Shown: positions 9,718-17,567 of the stretch, one piece after another
Layout of the letters: every line of letters begins with the position of its first letter
Position numbering within the stretch: the first letter of the stretch is position 1
NCBI GenBank assembly: GCA_023251895.1
Contig: JAHEXX010000003.1
Location: forward strand, 1 to 42,306
Source of the DNA: a bacterium
Lineage (GTDB): Bacteria; Actinomycetota; UBA4738; HRBIN12
Direction: 5' to 3'
Length of the DNA stretch: 42,306 nucleotides
The notes under the pieces: generated by a model
Databases searched by the model: none
The model's input: only the letters and a program-made list of their open reading frames with translations
What the model was told of the DNA's origin: nothing
Made by a program: the position numbers and the translations under genes

Positions 9718-11154
9718 TCAACCCTTGACGACGCCGACCGGGCGCAGGCGAGCCACGATCCGGCACAGCCCGGCCCCCTCGCACACCCGCACAACCTCGG
9801 AGACGTCCTTGTAGGCGTAGGGCGCCTCCTCGGAGAGCAGCCCCCAGTGCGCCGGGGCCAGCGTGATGCCCTCCGCCTCCAGCTTCCGGGCCACCTCCGG
9901 CCCGCTCATGACCTTCTTCGCCTTCGTCCGGGACATGGCCCTGCCGGCGCCGTGGCACGTGGACGAGAAGGAGCGCTCGGCCGACTCGTTCGTGCCGACC
10001 AGCACGTAGGAGGCGGTCCCCATACTGCCGGGGATAATCACCGGCTGCCCGATGTCCCGATAAGCGCTCGGCACCTCAGGATGCCCGGGGCCGAACGCGC
10101 GCGTGGCCCCCTTCCGGTGCACGCAGACGGTGCGACGCTTCCCCTCAACGACGTGGTCTTCGACCTTCGCGAGGTTGTGGGCCACGTCGTACACGAGGGA
10201 CAGACCCAGGTCCCGAGCGCTCCGCCCGAACACCTCCTGGAACGCCTCCCGGGCGCCGTCGCCAAGTACATGGCGATTGGCCCGGGCGAAGTTCGCCGCC
10301 GCGTACATCGCCCCGAGGTACTCGTCGGCCGCGGGATGCGACAGCGGGACGCACGCGAGCTGGCGGTCGGGGACCTCGATGCCGATGCTCGGCATGAGCC
10401 GGTCCATCACCTTCACGTGGTCGGTGCACACCTGGTGTCCCAGGCCCCGCGAGCCCGAATGGACCATCACGCAGACCTGTCCCACGAACATCCCCATCAC
10501 GCCTGCCGCTCGCACGTCGGCGATCTCCTCCACCACTTGGACCTCCACGAAGTGATTGCCGGCGCCCAGCGAGCCGAGCTGCGACGAACCGCGCTGGAAG
10601 GCCTTCTCCGAGACGAACTCCGGCCGGGCCCCCGCCAGCGTGCCACGGTCCTCGCAGTGCTCGGCGTCCTCCTCGAACCCCACGCCACGCGACAACGGGA
10701 ACCGCACCCCTTCGACGAGCACACGCTCGGTCTCCGTCCCGGATAGCCGCATGCGTCCCTTCGTCCCCACCCCGCGGGGGACGTGGACACCGAGCACGTG
10801 CACCAGCTTCTCGATGACCGGCTCGACGTCCTTCTGCCATTCCAGGTCCGAGCGGAGTAGCCGCACCCCGCACGCGATGTCGAACCCCACCCCGCCCGGA
10901 GAGATCACGCCGTGGTCGGCGTCGGTGGCAGCCACGCCGCCGATGGGAAAGCCGTAGCCCCAGTGGATGTCGGGCATCGCGTATGAGGCCCCGACGATGC
11001 CGGGTAGCGTGGCCACATTGGCGACCTGCTCGATGGCTCGATCCTGAACGGCCCTGTCCATCAGCTCCTGCGATGCGAACACGATGCCGGGGACCCGCAT
11101 CCCGGCTTCCACGGGGATCCGCCACACGTATTCCTCGAGCCGTTCGAGTTCCAT
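9718..11154 (-). CDS. rtcB: RNA ligase RtcB (archaeal/eukaryotic-like)
   Basis: MPDIHWGYGFPIGG, GFDIACG, GNHF, HSGSRG, HRKGAT, PGSMG, CHGAGR and EEAPYAYKD. Confidence 0.96.
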   Translation of the reverse strand: MELERLEEYVWRIPVEAGMRVPGIVFASQELMDRAVQDRAIEQVANVATLPGIVGASYAMPDIHWGYGFPIGGVAATDADHGVISPGGVGFDIACGVRLLRSDLEWQKDVEPVIEKLVHVLGVHVPRGVGTKGRMRLSGTETERVLVEGVRFPLSRGVGFEEDAEHCEDRGTLAGARPEFVSEKAFQRGSSQLGSLGAGNHFVEVQVVEEIADVRAAGVMGMFVGQVCVMVHSGSRGLGHQVCTDHVKVMDRLMPSIGIEVPDRQLACVPLSHPAADEYLGAMYAAANFARANRHVLGDGAREAFQEVFGRSARDLGLSLVYDVAHNLAKVEDHVVEGKRRTVCVHRKGATRAFGPGHPEVPSAYRDIGQPVIIPGSMGTASYVLVGTNESAERSFSSTCHGAGRAMSRTKAKKVMSGPEVARKLEAEGITLAPAHWGLLSEEAPYAYKDVSEVVRVCEGAGLCRIVARLRPVGVVKG

Positions 11155-11164
11155 GCCTCCCCCT

Positions 11165-11575
11165 TCACACGTCGAGGTACACGTCGGCCTCGACCCGGCC
11201 GGATCCCTCGCGAACCTCCAGCTGGTGGTACGTGGCGGCCTTCACGGTGGTGCCCCCGGCCCGTCCGTCGAGCGGGGCCATCTCCACTTCGGCCTCCAAC
11301 TCCGAGTCGGAAACGCGGAGCACCCGAACCCGCCCGAACCCGGCCTCCTCGATCTCGTGCAGCACGATCAGTTCGTTCAGGAAGTCCACCAGAACGGCCG
11401 CGGCGTCGGTACCTTCGACCTTCACTGTGCGCGCCACGATCGGCATCCGAGCCCGGGCGCCCATGACATCGATCAGTCCTCGAGCGGCCTGCTCGAACGC
11501 CTGCTCGCGGGTCGCGCCCCAGGCCCGGATACCCAGGTCCGCCGTGTGCTCCAGGATGTTGTAGCCGGCTGACAT
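11165..11575 (-). CDS. Archease (RtcB activator)
   Basis: EHTADLGI, VKAATYH and terminal LDV. Lies directly upstream of rtcB. Confidence 0.92.
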   Translation of the reverse strand: MSAGYNILEHTADLGIRAWGATREQAFEQAARGLIDVMGARARMPIVARTVKVEGTDAAAVLVDFLNELIVLHEIEEAGFGRVRVLRVSDSELEAEVEMAPLDGRAGGTTVKAATYHQLEVREGSGRVEADVYLDV

Positions 11576-11751
11576 GCGGAACTCACCCCCGCGGACACCT
11601 CCAGTCTCACACAAGTGCGCGTGGTCCCACTGGTCCCGGGACCTGCGACCTATGCAGCCACAGCCCGCAGCCGACTCGATGTGGTTCCGAGGAGCTAGGG
11701 CGACAAGCCCGCGGTCCTCCGGAACCCGCGCGTTCCGGCAGCGCTCGGCCG

Positions 11752-11991
11752 TCAGGCCGCTTGGCGCAGCAGGTATCGGTTGCCGGACAGTCGTTGAACG
11801 ACGCCCCTGCCCACCAACTCGCGGAGGATCGCCCTCACGACGTCGACGCGGATGCCGTACCAGGTGGATAGCCCGGCCGGGGTCCACACGAGCTTCGGAT
11901 TGCGCACGAACGCATCGAGAACTACCCCGCGCTCGAACCCACGGCCCCGGCCCGTGGTCGATCCGCCCATCAGGTCCGGACGACGCTTCAT
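11752..11991 (-). CDS. Small hypothetical protein, winged-helix-like
   Basis: VLDAFVRNPKLVWTPAGLSTWYGIRVDVVRAILRELVGRGVV helix-turn-helix-wing pattern. Co-oriented with neighbours. Start uncertain (11991 or 11970). Confidence 0.55.
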   Translation of the reverse strand: MKRRPDLMGGSTTGRGRGFERGVVLDAFVRNPKLVWTPAGLSTWYGIRVDVVRAILRELVGRGVVQRLSGNRYLLRQAA

Positions 11992-12016
11992 CGGAACCCC
12001 CGTCGGCACCCTCACC

Positions 12017-12688
12017 CTACTGCGCCTCGGCCCGGGACGACGAATCCCCTGGTGACGCCGCACGGAGGTGTCGGCCGAACCAATCAGCCGCGAGTTCCGT
12101 GGCACGCTCCAGAGCCCCAGGCTCTTCGAACAAGTGGGTGGCCCCGGGCACGATCTCCAGACGGTTCTCGCATCGGAGCAAGCGCTGGGCGTCCCGGTTC
12201 AGCTCGATCACCACCGGGTCGTCCTCTCCCACGATGAGCAGCGTGGGGGACACGACCTCGGCCAGACGCGGTTCCGCCAGGTCCGGGCGGCCGCCGCGGG
12301 ACACCGCGGCCGCGATCGCAGACCCGAGGTCGGCCGCGGCCCACAACGCCGCCCCGGCCCCCGTGCTGGCCCCGAAGTACGCCAGGGGCAAGCTCGTGAA
12401 CTCGGGAACGGCCCACACCCAATCCGTGGCGCCGAGCAGCCGAGTTGCCAGCAGCGGGATGTCGAACACTTTGGCACGGTCCGCGGCCTCCCCCGCCGTC
12501 AGCAGGTCGAACAATAGGGTGCCGATCCCAACGCCGTTCAGGTGTCGGGCCACCGCCGCGTTCCGGGGGCTGTGACGGCTGCTGCCGCTGCCATGGGCGA
12601 ATAGCACGCAGCCGACGGCGCCATCCGGAACGGCCAGCTCGCCGGGCAGCGACACCGGGCCGATGTCGAGCGTGACCTCGCGAGGCAT
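12017..12688 (-). CDS. Dienelactone hydrolase family alpha/beta hydrolase
   Basis: FAHGSGSSRHSPRN, YFGASTGA, SRGGRPDLA and GATHLFEEPG. This is the type often fused to phosphoribosyltransferases. Confidence 0.88.
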   Translation of the reverse strand: MPREVTLDIGPVSLPGELAVPDGAVGCVLFAHGSGSSRHSPRNAAVARHLNGVGIGTLLFDLLTAGEAADRAKVFDIPLLATRLLGATDWVWAVPEFTSLPLAYFGASTGAGAALWAAADLGSAIAAAVSRGGRPDLAEPRLAEVVSPTLLIVGEDDPVVIELNRDAQRLLRCENRLEIVPGATHLFEEPGALERATELAADWFGRHLRAASPGDSSSRAEAQ

Positions 12689-12706
12689 GCCCTCCCCCCC
12701 TCCGGC

Positions 12707-12922
12707 TTAGTAGGAGAATACGGGCGACCGATGCGGATGGTCGTGCGGCGAGATCGCCGGCTCCCGGTGGTCCCACACCAGATGGAGGTGCCTCCCCCGG
12801 CGCAAGACGTGCGCACCACACACCTCGCACAACATGACGGCGAGATCCTCGCGGCCGGTCGGCAACAGCAGATCCACGCCACACGCGGGGCACGTGAACC
12901 GCACGTGGCGCTCCCTGGTCAT
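12707..12922 (-). CDS. Small zinc-ribbon protein with His-rich tail
   Basis: CPAC...CEVC motifs. GGAGGTG RBS before ATG 12922. Confidence 0.65.
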   Translation of the reverse strand: MTRERHVRFTCPACGVDLLLPTGREDLAVMLCEVCGAHVLRRGRHLHLVWDHREPAISPHDHPHRSPVFSY

Positions 12923-12950
12923 AGCCACCACCTCCCGCGGAACCACAACC

Positions 12951-13038
12951 ACTGTGCCACGGTCGGGGCCGCGAATCCCGGGCCCAGGGTCCCGTTACGG
13001 ACGTGACCCCAGGCGATGCCCGCCGGGGAAACGGTCCC
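12951..13038 (-). promoter_or_regulatory. Candidate promoter with DosR/NarL-type boxes
   Basis: Minus-strand GGGAC-CCTG-GGCCC (12980-12993) and GGGAC-CGTT-TCCCC (13025-13038), upstream of -10-like CACAGT (12951-12956). Confidence 0.5.
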
Positions 13039-13050
13039 TTCTCGGACCTC

Positions 13051-13983
13051 CTACAGCGCGGCGACGGCCGAGATCAGGTTGGAGTCGCGCAGCTTCCGAA
13101 GGGCCTCGCGCTCGATGAGGCGAACCCGCTCGCCCGAGAGCCCCAGCACCTTGCCGGTTTCGCGCAGAGAGAGGGGCTGCCCGTTCTCGAGACCGTAGCG
13201 AAGGGCCACAACCTGCCGCTCCCGCGTATCCAGCACCCGGTCCACGGCGTCGCCGATCTCCTCGCGGAGCAGTGCATCCTCGACCTCATTGAAGGCAGCA
13301 TCGGAATCGACCTCCTCGATGAGGTCGCCGAGCTCGGTGTCTTCGCCAACCGGCGACTGGAGCGACAGCGGCTCGCGCCGGCCCATCTCGGTGAGGTCGT
13401 CGATCTCTTCGATCGTGGTATCGAGCGCCTTGGCCAGCTCCTCCCGCGAGGGCTCGCGACCCATGGACTGCGCGAACTGGAACCGCGTGCGGTTCAGCTT
13501 GCGCAACCGGTCGTGGATGTGCACCGGCAGGCGGATGGACCGGGATCGGTCGGCGATGGCCCGGGTGATGCCCTGGCGGATCCACCACGTGGCGTAGGTA
13601 GAGAACTTGAAGCCCCGTCGCCAGTCGAACAGCTCAACGGCCCGCATCAGCCCGATGTTGCCCTCCTGGATGAGGTCCAGCAGGGGAAGCCCCTGGCCCT
13701 GGTACTTGCGGGCTACCGAGACCACCAGGCGCAGGTTCGCCATGATGAACCGCCGGCGGGCCGCCTCCGCCTTCCGGACCTCGGCCTTGGCCCGCATGAT
13801 GGAGCGCTCGGAGCGGAGCCGCCCGGCCCGCAGGCGCTCCTCGGCCTCCTTGCCGTGCTCGATGGTCATGGCAAGCTCGACCTCCTCCTCCTTGGTCAGG
13901 AGGGGCTCTCGGGCGGCAGCCTCCAGGTACAGCCGGAGATCGTCGGCGTCGTCGGTGCCCAACGGGCGTGCAGGTTCTGCCAT
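13051..13983 (-). CDS. RpoD/SigB-like sigma-70 factor (regions 1.2-4, no region 1.1)
   Basis: [48 protein letters not shown] and ERVRLIE. An in-frame upstream ATG exists at 14103. Confidence 0.92.
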   Translation of the reverse strand: MAEPARPLGTDDADDLRLYLEAAAREPLLTKEEEVELAMTIEHGKEAEERLRAGRLRSERSIMRAKAEVRKAEAARRRFIMANLRLVVSVARKYQGQGLPLLDLIQEGNIGLMRAVELFDWRRGFKFSTYATWWIRQGITRAIADRSRSIRLPVHIHDRLRKLNRTRFQFAQSMGREPSREELAKALDTTIEEIDDLTEMGRREPLSLQSPVGEDTELGDLIEEVDSDAAFNEVEDALLREEIGDAVDRVLDTRERQVVALRYGLENGQPLSLRETGKVLGLSGERVRLIEREALRKLRDSNLISAVAAL

Positions 13984-14112
13984 GCTACGTATCACTCTCC
14001 CCCTCGAAGCCCTGGAGCGGGCGCGTTGCCGTTCCCATGGAGGTCTTCGGGATCTTGCGGTGAACGCGTTGGGGCGCGCAGAAAAGCCAGCCTCCTCGGC
14101 CATTCAATTGCG

Positions 14113-14141
14113 ATGGTAACTGGGAGCCTCCTCCTTGTAAA
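14113..14141 (-). promoter_or_regulatory. Sigma-70-type promoter of the sigma gene
   Basis: TTTACA (14136-14141), 17 bp spacer, TACCAT (14113-14118). Confidence 0.65.
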
Positions 14142-14396
14142 GGCGGCGCCACGTTGAGGTCTTGTGTCTTCATCCGTTCCTCACGGATAGGCGGGCCCAT
14201 CCCTGCGGGGTCGTGACACCTCCCTACGCACGGCTTCTGTTGTCTTCCCGGAGGAACAACGCTGAGCGACGACTTCGGATTCCTGCCGCCTGAGCGCCCG
14301 CCCTAGCCCAGCAGCTCGCCATGCACTGCGGCACCGTGCCCCGGGGGACGAGACCGTCGTCGGGGACGAGGCGTTCCTGGAGGCCCTCGCCGCCGC

Positions 14397-15275
14397 CTAC
14401 CGGGCCCGGTTCGCGGCCGGCGCCCCGGGGCGGACCCGCCGGTCGGCCGCCGTCGCGTGCGGCCACTGGCGCACCCCGGCCGGCAGGAGCGGGACCATCG
14501 CCCGGCAGATCGCGGCGGCCGCATCCAACGCCCGTTCCTTCCTCGGCGACCACGCCAGCCCGAAGCCGTCGCGCAACCGGGGCGGCAGCAGGCCGACGGT
14601 GACGGACCGCATCGCGGCCACGAGCGGGCGGAGGACCCGCGGGGCAGGGGGCCCGAGGATGCCGGGCGCCAGGGCCCGGGCCTCATCGGTCACCTCGATC
14701 GAGGCCAGCGAGTCGTCGAGGTACCTCGCGAAGTCCCTGTACGAAGCGGGGATCACGTCGTCGGGCACGAGGAAGGCACGCGCGAGGCCCTTCATCTCCT
14801 CGTAGTAGCGCTCGAGGGCGTATGGCGGGATCGGTCGGACGAAACGTTCGAACGTGACCGACGCGGAGTCGACGAGCGTGGCGAACACCCATAGCAACAG
14901 CTCCGGGTCGAGCGCGCGGTAGGCACGGCCGCCGCGCGCGCCCGTCACTCGCCCATGTACCTGGTTCACGCGCGCGGCGGCTTCCCCGGCCTGGTCCGTG
15001 TCCCCGAATCCAACCGTGAGCACTGCGTCGAGGGTCCGCCACAGCCGCTCGAAGGGGTCCCGCGCGAAGTCGCTGTGATCCGCGACCCCGGCGGCCACCA
15101 TCGGATGGGCGATCTGCATGAGCAGGGCCCGGCCGCCTCCCAGGACCGTCACGGTCTCGCCGTTCAGCTTCCACACCATCGACCCCGGGCCGAACGGCCC
15201 CGGGTCGCCGGGGCGGCCTGGCTCCGGCCTGGGGAACCCGCGGAAGACGCCGGCGATGCCGGGCGCGTAACTCAC
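14397..15275 (-). CDS. Oxygenase MpaB family (DUF2236, Lcp-like)
   Basis: FGPGSMVW, ALLMQIAHPMVAAGVADHS, RVNQVHGRV and YRALDPELLLWV. GTG start 7 nt after TAACAT. Confidence 0.85.
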   Translation of the reverse strand: MSYAPGIAGVFRGFPRPEPGRPGDPGPFGPGSMVWKLNGETVTVLGGGRALLMQIAHPMVAAGVADHSDFARDPFERLWRTLDAVLTVGFGDTDQAGEAAARVNQVHGRVTGARGGRAYRALDPELLLWVFATLVDSASVTFERFVRPIPPYALERYYEEMKGLARAFLVPDDVIPASYRDFARYLDDSLASIEVTDEARALAPGILGPPAPRVLRPLVAAMRSVTVGLLPPRLRDGFGLAWSPRKERALDAAAAICRAMVPLLPAGVRQWPHATAADRRVRPGAPAANRAR

Positions 15276-15285
15276 AGGGGCGATG

Positions 15286-15761
15286 TTAGCGGGCGGACCG
15301 GCGCGTTCCGATCGCGTTCTTCGACCCCTGCAGGTGGCGCTGTACGCCCACGTCGTAAGCCTCTCGGAGCCAACCTCGCACCTCGTCATCGAGGTCGTCT
15401 TTCGACCGGATGTGCACGTGGTAGACGTAGTTGTTCGGCGGGATCTCCTCGATCCTGGCGAAACGAGGGCTGTCGATGCGCCGCTTCAGCCAGAACCCGA
15501 TCCGCAGGCCTCGCTTCTGGAGCGTGGCTCCGGCGAATCGCACACGGACCATGAAGCCGATCCCCGTCTTCACCGCCACCGCCTTCACGCCGGGCCCGGA
15601 CGCGCGGACCATCCGCGCGTCCGGTACAGGTCGACGACCTCCTTGGGCTTGCCGCGGAGCTGATCCTGCACGGTCATGCGGACGCATGAGTGCCACATGT
15701 TCCTGGTGACGAAGCGCTGGCCGCAACGCGGGCACCTCCAGAGCGGTCGGAGGTCCCCCAC
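15286..15761 (-). pseudogene. DUF5655-like protein split by a frameshift near 15615-15625
   Basis: The N-terminal frame reads WRCPRCGQRFVTRNMWHSC...DLYR. The C-terminal frame reads ARMVRASGP...KTGIGFMVRVRFAG...DLDDEVRGWLREAY. Confidence 0.7.
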
Positions 15762-15766
15762 CGCGC

Positions 15767-17098
15767 TTACCTCGTCGCCCGCACCGATGTGACCGGCGCG
15801 AGGCGAGGTGCGACGGTGCTCCATGTCTCGCCGCCGTCCGCCGAACCGAAAACCTCGCCGGACGTCGCGCCGAAGTACATCCCGAGCGGCTCCAGTCCGT
15901 CGTGCCCGAAGGCTTGGCGGAGGATCGTGAGGTAGGCGTCCCGCGACGGCAACCCCTCGGCCCGAGGTGCCCACGTCTCGCCCGCGTCGCGGGTCTCGTA
16001 TACGCGGAGCTTCCCCTCCGGCGTCACCCGGTCCCGGTCGGCCACCAGGGGGATGACGAAGGCCCGGTCCGGGTCGTGCGGGTCCACGACCATCGGGAAC
16101 CCGAAGTCCGACGGGAGCCCGTCCGCGATGTCGATCCAGCTCTCCCCGGCGTTGTCGCTGCGGTACACGCCCCCGTGGAACTGCATGAACAGCCGCTCCG
16201 GGCGGCGCGGGGCCCGGTGCATGTTGTGCACGCACAGGTCGAGCGTGCTGGCACGGGCCTCTTCCGGGAGGTACCGGGGGACCAGGCCGCCGTTGCCGTT
16301 ACGCCAGGTCTCCCCGCCGTCGTCGGTGATCCACACGCCGACCGCCGAGATGCCGACCGCCATCCGCTCCGGCGCCTGCGGCCACGGGCAGATCGAGTGC
16401 AGCGCCAGCCCTCCCAGCCCCGGCTGCCAGTCCTTGCGACCGGGCTGGTCCCACAGGCCCCGGTTCAGTTGCCAGCTGTGGCCGCCGTCCTCGCTGCGGA
16501 ACAGCGCCGCGGGATCGACGCCCGCCCACACGACCCCGGGCTCCTCTCCGGGCTGCACGACCCAGGTCCGGACGACGCTGGCATCCTCGCCCTCGGGGAA
16601 CTTGGGGCCGTCGGCTTGTTCCCACTCCTCCGCCAGCGGGTCTTCCGTGTGGTAGAGCCGCGGACCGAACTGCCCGTGGGTGACCGAGGCGAAGTAGCGG
16701 CCCGACCGCGGGTCGCGCGTCGCGAACTCCACCATGGTCCCGGAGAACCGCCGGGCCGCGATCTCCATGGCGCCGCCCCGAGGGCCCCGCAGGACGAACA
16801 GCCCCTTCTTCGTTCCCACCAGGACCTCGGCGTCGTCCGCGCCCCCGGAGATGGCGGGGAGGATCTGAACGCGGTCGGCTTCCGACACCGGGGCCTCCGG
16901 ACCGGCGCGTTCCCCGTTCACGAAGACGGCGACGTGCACGCGGATCGAACCTTGTTCGTCGAGCACCCACCCGGCCAACCGGGGATGGGCGCGTTCGAGC
17001 CCGCGGACGACCTCCGCGACGCTCTCCCCGCCGATCCGGACCTCCCGCTCGCCGCCGGCCAGGTCCCGGAGCGGTGACCGCAGGCTGACCACCGCCAT
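15767..17098 (-). CDS. MoaD/ThiS ubiquitin-like domain fused to a BNR/Asp-box beta-propeller (exo-sialidase-like)
   Basis: Residues 1-86 contain VAVFVNGE...ILPAISGG. They are followed by LVGTKKGLF and repeated SxDGGxTW Asp-boxes. Confidence 0.85.
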   Translation of the reverse strand: MAVVSLRSPLRDLAGGEREVRIGGESVAEVVRGLERAHPRLAGWVLDEQGSIRVHVAVFVNGERAGPEAPVSEADRVQILPAISGGADDAEVLVGTKKGLFVLRGPRGGAMEIAARRFSGTMVEFATRDPRSGRYFASVTHGQFGPRLYHTEDPLAEEWEQADGPKFPEGEDASVVRTWVVQPGEEPGVVWAGVDPAALFRSEDGGHSWQLNRGLWDQPGRKDWQPGLGGLALHSICPWPQAPERMAVGISAVGVWITDDGGETWRNGNGGLVPRYLPEEARASTLDLCVHNMHRAPRRPERLFMQFHGGVYRSDNAGESWIDIADGLPSDFGFPMVVDPHDPDRAFVIPLVADRDRVTPEGKLRVYETRDAGETWAPRAEGLPSRDAYLTILRQAFGHDGLEPLGMYFGATSGEVFGSADGGETWSTVAPRLAPVTSVRATR

Positions 17099-17108
17099 GT
17101 GCCGGAGT

Positions 17109-17501
17109 CTAGCCGTCGTCGACGATGGCCGTGACCTCGACCTCCACCAGGATCTGGGGATCCAGGAAGGTGAGGCCACCGACGGTCGTGTTCGCCGGCT
17201 TCACGTCGCGAAAGATCTCACCGTGGGCCCTGGCCGCCTCCTCCCACCGGGTCGCGTCCGCCAGATAGATCCGCGTGCGGACGACGTCGGCGAACGACGC
17301 ACCGAGCTCGCCCAGTGCCTCCCCGATCGTCTGCAGCGCGGCAGCGGTCTGGCCCCGCAGGTCCCCTGGATGGAGCACGGTTCCGTCCGGCGTGGCCGGG
17401 GCCGTGCCGGCCACCTCCACGATGTTCCCGACCCGAACCGCTCGCGAATACCCCATCACCTTCGCCCACGGGCGGTCGGCGTCCACCAGCCGTCGCGTCA
17501 T
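17109..17501 (-). CDS. RidA/YjgF family protein
   Basis: GYSRAVRVG, DVVRTRIY, PANT and LVEVEVTA. AAGGAG RBS. Confidence 0.9.
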   Translation of the reverse strand: MTRRLVDADRPWAKVMGYSRAVRVGNIVEVAGTAPATPDGTVLHPGDLRGQTAAALQTIGEALGELGASFADVVRTRIYLADATRWEEAARAHGEIFRDVKPANTTVGGLTFLDPQILVEVEVTAIVDDG

Positions 17502-17567
17502 CGTCTGCTCCTTCCGATCCCGCTCCAGGAACGAGACCATATCCACCCCGCGGTAGGCTGGGGAACG

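Noticed and set aside
11576-11751. tRNA or Y-RNA-like element beside rtcB
   Set aside because: No cloverleaf or canonical T-arm could be built. Only generic hairpins were seen.
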